In this document: positions 1-10,850 of the stretch, in pieces
Numbering within the stretch: the first letter of the stretch is position 1
Layout: each line of letters begins with the position of its first letter
Source of the DNA: Eledone cirrhosa
Lineage: Eukaryota
Assembly: GCA_964016885.1 (NCBI GenBank)
Contig: OZ024741.1
Coordinates: 70,432,001 to 70,496,000 of the forward strand
DNA length: 64,000 bases
Direction of reading: 5' to 3'
Made by a program: the position numbers and the translations under genes
Notes under the pieces: model-generated
Databases searched by the model: none
The model's input: only the letters and a program-made list of their open reading frames with translations
Told to the model about the DNA's origin: nothing

Positions 1-63
1 GAAGTACACCTTGAATCTGTAGGTCTGTATTCTTTAAATTTAAACAAATTAGTGAATTTAAAT

Positions 64-107
<44 letters not shown>

Positions 108-128
108 GCGCGCGCGCGCACATATATA

Positions 129-211
129 TACAGGGTCCCCACCTTAAATTTATGCACATATTTATTAGAATCCTGTGGAAGTGTGTATACATTTTTTGGA
201 GGTACCCTGTA
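129..211. mobile_element. Tiny Tc1/mariner-type MITE
   Basis: Inverted ends tacagggt (129-136) and accctgta (204-211), TA at both ends, set in TA-rich repeats. Confidence 0.5.
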
Positions 212-588
212 CTATATATATATATATATATATATGTATACATATTTATACATATTTATATGTGGGTGTGTGTATGTATATATATATATGTGTGTGAGTC
301 TGTTTGTCTGAGTGCGGAAAACATCTAAAATGTTTAACGTTTATCTGAAGCAATTGTCAAAACACCAACAACTAGGGATCTTGACAGTCAAACCTAACCG
401 TTCTGCAACAATGTGCCCATATGAAATGTATAATATATAAACGACCACATTTATACACAAATACTTAAAAATACTTGATACCGTTTAAACCCGAACACAA
501 TGACAATGATGATGATGATAATGATGATGATGACGATGATGATGATGGTGATGCTGCTGGCGGTTGGTGTTGTAGTGATAATATATGC

Positions 589-630
<42 letters not shown>

Positions 631-1129
631 GATGGAGGATTTACGTAACGTCGAATGCTTTAATATATTACATTATGGATTACTAACCGGAATGAGCAGA
701 TCTACCTATTGATAAACTACACAACACACTTATATACATATAATATATGTGTGTGTGTGTGTGTGTGTGTGTACTAGCAGCTGAAGTGTATGATAAAGTT
801 ATATAAATACACGGTGTGTAACCGAGGTTGCACCAATGTATATACATATCTAATTAGAAAATAGAAATTTCCCTGTAAATTGAAAAAATGATAAACACCC
901 ACACCCACACCCACGTACACGCGCGCACACACATACACATACATACACATACACACACACACATATATATATATAAATATACATTCTATGTATATATAAA
1001 TTATGCACATATATATATTATTATAAATAAATTCTCAACACAGTTGCTTGCTATCTAAGGTTTCAAAGCCTACTCTAGTCATTGAGACACTATAAATGCT
1101 AGTGTTACTTATCTTTCAGGCAATACTAA

Positions 1130-1927
1130 GATGGCCGATGATACTTCATATATGATATCTCGTCAAGTGCAATGGGTGTAATAATAACGAATTTGTGAAT
1201 GGCACAAATGGCTTAAAGGGAGGCGAGGACGTGGAAGACGGTCCCAGGAGCGGGAGGCCTTCAACGAGCAGGACTGAGGCCAACGTTGAGCGCATGAGGC
1301 AGGTGGTACGTGGCGATCGTCGGCTGACTGACTGGTCAGAAGTGAGCTGAGCATGAACCGCGACAGCGTTTGGAAGATTATCACCAAAGTTTGGGGCATG
1401 CGGAAGAGAGCTGGTTCACAACGAGCATCCGGCAAGTTTCTGGCCGAGAGGAACATCGCTGTACTGAAACAACCTCCTTATTTACTTAATCTTGCTCCGT
1501 GTGAATTTTTTCTGTTCTTTAAGCTCAAGGGGATCATTAAGGGGACCCGTTTTGAAGGCGTGGAGGCCACCAAAAGGGCCATAACGAAGGAGCTGAGCCA
1601 GTGCTGGATTTACCATTGTGTTTAGATGTGCTTAAGCACAGGGCCCCGTTGGTCGGACAGTGGGTGGTGGCATCTTTCAAAATTTTTTACAATTAATTTT
1701 TCGAATGTTTGGAGCCGCATAACTGGGTACAGAGACTCATTTGTCCTAAATCCGACACTGGGCTGAGGGACATCGCAGAAGAATCCCTTTAGCACTGCAT
1801 AAAAGCGTGGCAGAGAAGGATGGAAAAGTGTAGACTTGAAGGGGAAACCATGTAGGTTGTTGTTTGTAATTGAAATTAATTATTTGTGACACTAGTCCCG
1901 TTACTTTTCAGACAGCAGTCCTCTTAT
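1130..1927 (+). pseudogene. Decayed mariner transposase remnant with right TIR, interrupted by a MITE
   Basis: Fragments translate to mariner-like motifs (EWHKWL-GREDVEDG.RSGRPST; QPPYLLNLAPCEFFLFFKLK = YSPDLAP.D relic; AWQRRMEKC). TIR-like end actagtcccgttacttttcagac near 1890-1915. Confidence 0.8.
1599..1760. mobile_element. hAT-type MITE (copy 1) inserted in the mariner remnant
   Basis: TIRs cagtgctggattta / taaatccgacactg; degenerate 8-bp TSD agctgagc (1591-1598) / ggctgagg (1761-1768); mariner reading frame resumes after it. Confidence 0.75.
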
Positions 1928-2036
1928 ATATATATATATATATATAATTATATATATATATATATAATTGTTTTTAAGACAATCACAACATAGATTCATG
2001 AACTCATTTTTTTGTCTGTGCTTTCTTTATCTGGCG

Positions 2037-2169
<133 letters not shown>

Positions 2170-2615
2170 TTTTAATGTTTGCATGCATGTATGTATCTAT
2201 GTTCATATATATGTATATAGGTTATAGGTGTCGTTAGATATGTTTTTAAGTAGGCAGTGTGACTCAGAAATGTTGTTTTACTTGTTTAATCAAAACCCTA
2301 CTCCTATACACTATACTGTATATAAACTATATTAACACTAGAGCAATTGAATATATTTATTACTGCAGACAGACACAGATATACCACCACCGCCCCAGTC
2401 AAGTGTTAACCAGACTGTAATATAATACACTGCTATTTATTTATCTTTTGTATAAGGAAAAAATAAACGAAATTGTTTGAGACGTTCATAATCAACCCAA
2501 ATACTTCACTGGAATGGCTCTCAGTCGGTTACGACGATTAACAGTCCAGTTTTTCGATCTAAAGAACAACCTGCGCGGGAAATTAACATGTAAGTGACTG
2601 AGCATTCCACAGACG

Positions 2616-2780
2616 CAGTGCCGGATTTACCATTGTTATTACGTGTGCTTAAGCACATGACTCCGTTAGTCAGAGAAGGAGGCCCATCATCCTGCCCCCA
2701 AATGTTTTTTCCTCCTTCATGGCCCAAGTAAGGGGCCTCATAACTAACACAGGGCCTCATTTGTCCTAAATCCGGCATTC
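2616..2780. mobile_element. hAT-type MITE (copy 2); right-end fragment also at ~49660-49720
   Basis: TIRs cagtgccggattta / taaatccggcattc; perfect 8-bp TSD cacagacg (2608-2615 and 2781-2788). Confidence 0.8.
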
Positions 2781-3657
2781 CACAGACGCGTGTATCTTTA
2801 TCATAATTCTCAGGGAGATTCAGCCTGGTTCATTGTGTATCTAACTAAGCTGGACCTTCGAATTACAGGTAGAGTCCATCCAAGAGATTTACAAATAGTT
2901 GGCGTTTATCTAATTATACACATATGGCTTGGGCGGTATGTGTGAGTGAGTTTGGGTGTGTGTGTGGGTGTGTGAGAATGTGTGTGAGTGTGAGTGAGTG
3001 TGAGTATGTGTGTGTCGGCGCGTGCTTGCATGTACGTAATGTATATATGTACGTACGTTTGTGCGTATGTATGTATGTATGTATGTATGCATAAATGTAT
3101 GTATGTATATTTGCATGTATGTATGTACTTAAGTATGTGCATATGTATGTATGTTTGTCTTCGCAGACAAGGACAGTTCTATGACCAAAGACACTCCAGC
3201 CGTGACTATCACGTTTTTTGTTTGTTATCGTGTGTATCGGATTACATTCATTACTTACTGTTTCTTTTTTTTTTTAACGGTCGGTTGCGATTTAAAGAAT
3301 ATTTGGCTGCTATTTATAACAGATTAATCGACAATATAAAGACAAGCTCATTGACTTGACCGTATCTTAATCCGCAGCTCAACAACTACTATAAAAATTA
3401 ATATAAATAGAAAGTTCAAGATTTACTTTATAGCTGGCTAGTTACGAGGAAGAAAGAGATTCTATCCATGAGCTCTTAACTCTCGATAGAGTAATTGAGG
3501 CGTTATTGAGACATATGGCCTTGTGCCTTTAAACTTGGCAGACCCATCTCCCTCTCTCTCCATAGAGAAGAGGGAGACGGTGGGGAAAAAAGATGGGGAA
3601 AGTGAGAAATCGTTATAGAAGAAGAATCGATCCTAGTATTGAACTGGTACTTTTTTT

Positions 3658-4313
3658 GGCATACGTCAAAACGGGCGGTCGCAAAAGTGAAACTAATTTT
3701 TGACGACAGTTACGTACGTCATTACTTTCAATTTGGTAGAGATCGACGAATCAAAATACTTTCATAGAAAGTATCATCGTGGCCAGTGGAGACAAGGCCA
3801 CTGGGTCTTCGGCGCTGTAGAACGCCATTGTGGACGCTGCTGCCTCATCGAAGTCCCAAATCGAAACCGTGAGACTCTTGTCCCCATCATACAGCAATGG
3901 ATTTTGCCAGGAAGCCACATCATGTCCGATGGTTGGGCTTCCTATTCAGATATTGAAGACATTCAAGGTGGCATTTACCTGCATGATGTTGTGCACCAAC
4001 GGAACTTTGTAGATCCTGAAGACCCTAATGTGCACACACAACTCATATAGAACACATGGAGCCGTGCAAAGAAAAAGCTTCGTCGCCAGCATGGGACAAG
4101 CGATGCTTTATTCCCTTCATATCTAGCTGAATTTCTTTGGCGGCAGAGAGTTGGTGCCAACAAGTTTGGCGAGATGATCAACTGTATTTCAGCTATTTAT
4201 AGGGTGTAATAAGAATTTTCATAAGGTACGTCAATTTATAAATTGAAAGTAATGACGAACGTAACTGTCAAAAATTAGTTTCACTTTTGCGACCGGCCGT
4301 TTTGACGTATGCC
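3658..4313 (+). mobile_element. Merlin (IS1016/IS1595-like ISXO2 DDE) DNA transposon, internally deleted
   Basis: ~47-bp TIRs ggcatacgtcaaaacgggcggtcgcaaaagtgaaactaatttttgac and its inverse; 8-bp TSD cttttttt; transposase motifs VEIDES, WVFG, SDGWASY, HTQLI*NTW, YLAEFLWR (in-frame stop 4048-4050). It splits a SINE. Confidence 0.88.
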
Positions 4314-4829
4314 CTTTTTTTTTATCGACATTGAAAAGATGAAAGGCAAATTTGACCTCTGCAGGATTTGAACTTCGAGCGCAGACAGGCGCAAGGAATA
4401 CTGCAAACCATTTTATCTGACGTTGAAACAACTCTGCCAATTTGCCGTCTAAAACAAAACAAAAAAAATTATTAGGCGAGTTTATATAAGTAAACGAAAC
4501 GGAATGAAATAGTCGGAAATAGATTGTTTGTCTCTCGTGTCGGGAAACCCACTTAGTTAGATGGCCACTTCTCGCGTAATTGCGAGTGAATACTGACCAT
4601 CAGCCACGGAAGTGAATGTATGAATGTATGTGTACGTATGTGTATGTGCATGTATGTATACATATATGTATACATATATGTATGTATACATATGTGTGTA
4701 TGTATGTATGTATGTAGGTATGTATGTATATATATATATATATGTATGTATGTATATGTGTGTGCGTATGTGTACGTGCATGTATGTGTATATATGTACT
4801 TATGCGTGTATGTATATATGTATGTATGT

Positions 4830-5551
4830 TCTCTCTTTTTCTGAATTTTGAGTTTATTTTTGACTGGCCACCTTCCCGGTAGCAAGGTTGTAAAGAAAGG
4901 AAATTGTCGTCGTCTCTTGTGTAAGCGATCATCCTTTGAATTGTAAGAATATTTTACAGATTTTGATGGTTCTAGTTATCGCGGTCATTTGTAGCTTATA
5001 AATTAAGGAGCGATGTTCTTTCTCCACAAATATAAGTTCAGTTATACTTTGGTCCAGGTGGGTTGGTATATAAACTGTAGCTCCAGTAATGACAAGTATT
5101 TGTATCTTGGGTACAGGATCTGTAAACTCTTCATCAATAGTCCATAGATATTCTTCTCTTACATTTTTCTAACTAGATTGACATCAAGTAAGCAGCCGAC
5201 TTCTACAACAGAGCATGTTTTAATATGAGATTCCAAACAACAATATATTACCTGTGGTGCTTTAATTTGGTGACATTTTTTTATGTTTAGGTTTCATCAG
5301 TTTAAACATATTCCTCCCTAATTTATCTGATTTTTGTCTTTTGTAATGTATTCCAGATCGTTCTATCTATCACATCATGTCTCATGGCGAGTTAATAACG
5401 AGAAGACATTCTTTCACAGTTGGCAATAATGTGGCTAACATCTTCAATCTTTGTTTTGCACAGCCTACATTTATTGTCAACTGATGACCTTCCTCTTTTG
5501 TGCAGGAGGTACTTGGTTGGGGTTTCTTGATCGTAGGTTGCATGGAGATAG
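4830..5551 (-). mobile_element. 5'-truncated R4/Dong-like (restriction-like endonuclease) non-LTR retrotransposon 3' fragment
   Basis: Minus strand reads QETPTKYLL...KCRLCKTKIEDVSHIIANCERMSSRY*LAMRHDV (CCHC knuckle plus RHD motif), homologous to the ORF at 39361; (CATA)n on both sides. Confidence 0.75.
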
Positions 5552-5615
5552 TATGTATGTATGTATGTATGTATGTATGTATGTATGTATGTATGTATGT
5601 ATGTATGTATGTATG

Positions 5616-6160
5616 TTGGCGACTAAACTGGCAACCCCACCAAGGTTTCTTGGTGAGGAGGGTTTCTTTGGACATCCTGCAGGACTAAAAACAAAACCTG
5701 TCAAAGGGCAAAGGAGCTCTTAAGAGTCAATGGCCATCCAAAATCACCGGGAGAGATGACCCCTTAGCCTTTGTCAAGGCAGAATTCTAGGAGAAGGAAA
5801 ACTCTGATATAACACCTGCAACCCTGATGGTATCCAATGATGTTGACTTGTTCTTCTTTTTGGTAAATATCATCTTGGTTAAGAGAGTGGGACTGGCTTT
5901 GTGCAGTGCCTTTGCTCACTATAAAAGCCTCACGGCACAGGCATTGCTTTATATCTGGAGATCTCTCTGCACTTGTCGTCACATGGTACCATGGGCCCAG
6001 CACTATGTGTCAATAATTGTCACAAGTGTAATGTTTGTGCCAGAGTTTTCATGTCGCAGGCTGGACTAAAAAGTCACACTCGTTCAGCGCATCAATAGGG
6101 TTTCTCCTACATGGATATAAAGTAGTGGCCATACTCGAAAACGAGTTGGCAGCCACCATG
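5616..6160 (+). mobile_element. Non-autonomous RTE-derived element, subfamily A, with (TATG)n tail
   Basis: Near-identical to 35716-36268 and 36315-37729 (minus). Contains ttctaggagaaggaaaactctga (RTE 5'UTR-like), a relic C2H2 finger and a 3' stem-loop, followed by (tatg)n. Confidence 0.75.
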
Positions 6161-6235
6161 TATGTATGTATGAATGCATGCATGTATGTATGTGTGCGTG
6201 CGTGTATGTATGTATCTATGTATGTATGTTATGTT

Positions 6236-6761
6236 AGGTCACTCTCGAGTGCTACTGGTAACATGTAACCCTGTACAACTTCTCTCATGGTCGGTTCGTC
6301 GGCGACTAAACCGACAACCCCAATAAGCTAGCTTAGTGAGGAGGGTGATATTTGGACACTCTGTGGGATGAAATACAAGATCCGGCAAAGGGCGGAGGAA
6401 CTCAGCAGAGTCAACGGCCATCAGAATAGTATATATTTTTTTTTACGCGGGAGTGACAGTCCCCCAGTTGTTATCACAACACCTTTCTAGGAGAAAGAAA
6501 CTCTGAAAAGAAACTTGCGGCTTTGGAAGCATCCGATGATGTTGACCAGTTCTCCTTTTCAGGTCATGTTTTCGATGGTCAGTGAGTGGGATTGGTCGAG
6601 TTCAAGGCCTTTACCCACTTAAAAAAACCTTCAAAGCACAGGCATTGCTTGTGTTAGGTTCTGTTACAGGTTCGTGTGGCTGGCCGTAGCCTAAAAGTGC
6701 ACTCAACTCTATAACCTGTCAACCGATTGCAATACTCATAGCAGAGTTTGCAGCCATCATG
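6236..6761 (+). mobile_element. Non-autonomous RTE-derived element, subfamily B; partial copies 18275-18510 (-) and 49325-49640 (-)
   Basis: Shares ordered blocks with subfamily A (ggcgactaaac, gtgaggagggtg, ttctaggagaa.gaaactc, gatgttga, gagtggga.tgg, gcacaggcattgc, gcagcca.catg). Confidence 0.72.
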
Positions 6762-7052
6762 TTGCATGCCTGTATGTACGTGTATGTGTATGCATGTGTA
6801 CGTATGTGTATGTGCATGTATGTGTATCGTATATGTGTCGTTTTATGGAAATGTATTTACTCAAATTCACATATAAACATACAACTACACGCACGCACAC
6901 ACACACATATATATATATACTGACACTCAGACTATATATAGACTATGATTTCTCTTTAATTCTAGATAATTATTTGCTGTCTTGACTTCACTTCCTGTGC
7001 AGAAGTTGATATGACTCTACCCGGGGAACTAAAAAGGATATGTATCTACATG

Positions 7053-7085
<33 letters not shown>

Positions 7086-7427
7086 TAGGTATATATTTTT
7101 GAAGTTCTAGTTAACTTTATTTATTTGTTACCTACTAGCCATGCGTGGTTACACGCTTGTAGAAATTATCTCCTGTGATGTGTGTGTGTGTGTATTATGT
7201 AGGTATAAGTGTGTATGTGTTTATGTGTGTGTCTCTCATAAGATGAGTGCAAAGTAGTTGAACACCGTATTTTGAAACCCGGTTTCAATTTCCAGCCCGG
7301 AAACACTTTTCTTATGTCACTTTCTTTGAAAATAGCCGCTCTTTTCTCCTAAAATAGATTCATCTTTAATGAAGTTACAAGAATACAAGAATCAAATTTA
7401 GCTTTACTTCAGAAATAATAGAACAGC

Positions 7428-7478
<51 letters not shown>

Positions 7479-8204
7479 GAAACACACAGATACATGCGGA
7501 CACACACATATATACATGAATGCATCCGCACCCAACTGTGAGTTAAGGGTGCCAACTTCACCGATGTTGCTCAATGAATGACCGGGACAGACCAATTCAG
7601 TTTGAACCAGACTGAACCAGTATCAGAGTTAAAAATACATTATGAAGAGAGAAGAAACATTTAGATATAATTAGTAATAAAATGTATCATACCTAAACCG
7701 TTCCTAAATTCCTCGACTACGTAGTTTCGTGGCATAAACAAAAACAATATATCAAAGATATAGAGTCCTTGCGAGGTCTGCCGACTTATCAAGAGGATAC
7801 CTCATTTTACTAGTCTCAAGAACGCGTCTACACGACGTGAGAAAGAATCCCAAAAGGCGGAGGGGGAGATAGTCACGCGATATAACGGTCGAGAAACAGA
7901 GCTAAGCCTCTTATAACCACGAAGAAAATACCACGGAGGCGGAGGGGGTATTCATATCGAGGCCGTAGAAGAGGTAGTGAAGAAGGCGAGAAGTATGAGT
8001 AATGGAAGCTTTCCAGTTGTCCCCACACTTCAAAGATTGCTCGACCAGAGGGAGTTATTAATATATTTAGAAACACATTAATATATTTAGAAACACACAG
8101 ATACATGCGGACACACACATATATAAAATTCCTTTAGTTAAAAATACGGTGAAAGCTATATATTTTCTAATTTCAAACTCGGTCACTGTTTCAAAACATA
8201 CTTA

Positions 8205-8256
<52 letters not shown>

Positions 8257-8387
8257 TAAGTATGTTTTGAAACAGTGACCGAGTTTGAAATTAGAAAATA
8301 TATAGCTTTCACCGTATTTTTAACTAAAGGAATTTTAGCTTGATAACGGGGTTTAGAACCCTCAGATAAATGGAAAAAGATGAGTAT

Positions 8388-8458
8388 TGACGTACATGGG
8401 AGTCGAACCCACATCTGTGGTTATCGCGACCACTGTGCTACCATTACACCAACACATC
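8388..8458 (-). mobile_element. tRNA-like head (71-nt cloverleaf) of a (TA)n-embedded repeat spanning 8125-8622; related copy 34358-34835
   Basis: GATGTGT TG GTGT AATGGTA GCAC A GTGGT CGCGATA ACCAC AGAT GTGGG TTCGACT CCCAT GTACGTC A; A and B boxes, T-run 10 nt downstream, non-canonical anticodon loop. Confidence 0.7.
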
Positions 8459-8621
8459 ACCTGTTGGTGTAATGGTAGCACAGTGGTCGCGATAACCACA
8501 GATGTGGGTTCGACTCCCATGTACGTCAATACTCATCTTTTTCCATTTATCTGAGGGTTCTAAACCCCGTTATCAAGCTAAAATTCCTTTAGTTAAAAAT
8601 ACGGTGAAAGCTATATATTTT

Positions 8622-8655
<34 letters not shown>

Positions 8656-9189
8656 TTTATAACTTTACACATTTAACTCTAATAGAGGTATTGTATCTTG
8701 AGTTTCAGAAAATATGGTTGGGTCATTATATAAAAATTGGTATTTTGTAGTCAATTTGACTTGTACCCACCCCCGCCTTAAGTGAGAGTTGGGCTTAAAT
8801 TTTATATATATATATAACAAATTAGTATATTAAATTTTATATATATATAAAACAAATTAGTATATATACCTTGTACCAATAATACTACAAACATACAACC
8901 CAATATTACCAACAAACACCAAATGAAATATACACACCTAAATGCCACTCACACTATACCCAAAAATACCAACTTAAAACTTAATTTCTCTAACTCTTCT
9001 AATATACAATATAATAACTTTCAAAAAAACCATTCATCCTAATATTCCAATATATGTTAATAACATTACTAACAAAATTCCTAATAAGCAGGCTAAAACA
9101 CCTAAATCAGTGAATCTAACTAAAAATATGTGTAATAAAATCACTAATACTAAAATTCTCTTAGTAAACATCAGGATACATCGTATAAA

Positions 9190-10775
9190 ATTTTTTTTAC
9201 TATCCTAGAGAAAAACTTCCCGCCAAACCATAAATACCATCAAATTTTTAATAGATCAACGGTCAAATTCTCCTACTCAACAACCAAAAATATACAACAA
9301 AATATAAGTGCCTATAATGCATATAAATGTAAAAAAAACATGAATATACCACCAATACATCAAACTAACCATAATACTAAAATAAACCACAGCAAACCAC
9401 CATCTCATTCACATACAACAAGTCGAGAAAATTCCACACCGAATTTGACTATCTCCTCTGATACAACATTCACGAAAGGTTGTAACTGTAGAAACAAAGC
9501 AAATTGCCCATTAAAAGGAAATTGCCTTATTAATAACATAGTATATAAATGTAAAATTAACACTAAGGACTCAACTTATTCATATATAGGAGCTACTTCT
9601 AACCAATTTAAAGTTTTAAAAATGCCGCATTAGCTAATACAACATCCTTAGCTGAAATAATTAATAATTATAGAAAAAAGAATATCGATTATAACCTGAC
9701 CTGGAGTGTGCTCAAAAGGGTCACCCCTTATCAAAATAATAGGTATGAATGTAGATTATGTTCCCAGGAACTTTTTGAAATAATGAAATCTAAGGATATC
9801 CTATTAAATAAGCGACAAGAATTAATTATATCATGTAATCATAAAATTAGAAGAACTTTTAAATATTATAAACCTAATTAATATACACTTTACAAATTAT
9901 TATAATTAATTTTTTTTAATTAGTTAACCTATAATTAATATTCTACTACTAATGAACTCCATAATTTTATTTCCCTTTTACAGCTATCTTTTCCTAAAAT
10001 TTATACCAATAAGTATACATATAAACTATTTTAATTTCTGGTTATTCCTTGTAATCTATATAAATTTGTTATTTCTCACTAATGCATTTAACCCCCCCCA
10101 ATTTTTTTTTTCGTTCGTTTTTTTCCCTTCGTTTTTAACAACATTCTTCAATTACATCTAAATCTTATTTATCATATCTATATGAATTAATTTATCAATA
10201 TAAATGTACCTATCAATTAAATTAATTTATTTTCTTTTTATAGATGTAAATTCCTTATGTTTTAAATAAGATTGATATTTTTCACTAACACATTTATCGT
10301 AAAATTTTATTCTCCTTAGATTTTAACATTAGCATTATTCTTTTATAACATTATAACATCAAATTTTCGTGTACCTTTCATCGGCTTGACCTATTTTCAT
10401 CCCCAAAGTAATCTTTTCATTCAAAATACTCTTTCCATTCAAAACTGAAGTCTGCTTTCCTCTACCCCTAAATTAACTTTCTATTACTACTATTCTATCA
10501 TCTTGACCACTTACTACCTTTCTATTGGTCAATTCAAAACCTGTTCCCAAACAGACCTATTATATTAAATCTTTGTTGTTTTTTTCAATAAACAAATATC
10601 ATTATTTCTGAAGGCAGCATATATATGTGTAGGTATGTATATTCCCTCTGATAGTTTGTAAACATTTTACATAGATCTATATGATATACATACCAACACA
10701 CACATATATATCCTAGAAACGATCGTAAAATGATGAATTTTTTATATAAGGAACTGTTTCTTTGTTTTTATTAAT
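9190..10775 (+). mobile_element. Decayed Penelope-like element 3' portion (GIY-YIG endonuclease plus AT-rich tail)
   Basis: GCNCRNKANCPLKGNCLINNIVYKCKI...YSYIGATSNQFK, later C.LC and LLNKRQE...SC.H relics. The terminal ~200 bp recurs inverted at ~40700-40820. Confidence 0.75.
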
Positions 10776-10783
10776 TATTTTTA

Positions 10784-10850
<67 letters not shown>

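Noticed and set aside
58-1010. Numerous ORFs rich in HT, CV, YI and MYVC repeats here and throughout the window
   Set aside because: They are translations of (CA)n, (TA)n and (TATG)n microsatellites, with no coding signal.
3700-4210. Bacterial IS1595-family element or contamination
   Set aside because: Inserted with a TSD into an animal SINE and present as two diverged derivatives; consistent with eukaryotic Merlin.
5616-6761. Possible box C/D snoRNA or U3-like genes (tgatga-like motifs), or a CRISPR-like repeat-spacer array
   Set aside because: The tgatga motif is not conserved in all subfamilies and there is no matched D box or terminal stem; shared 3' ends with an RTE LINE explain them better; there are no constant repeats with unique spacers or cas genes.
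8388-8458. Functional tRNA-Ser/Gln gene
   Set aside because: G33 and U37 in the anticodon loop, NGA anticodon without a long variable arm, several wobble pairs in the acceptor stem, and embedded in a rearranged repeat.
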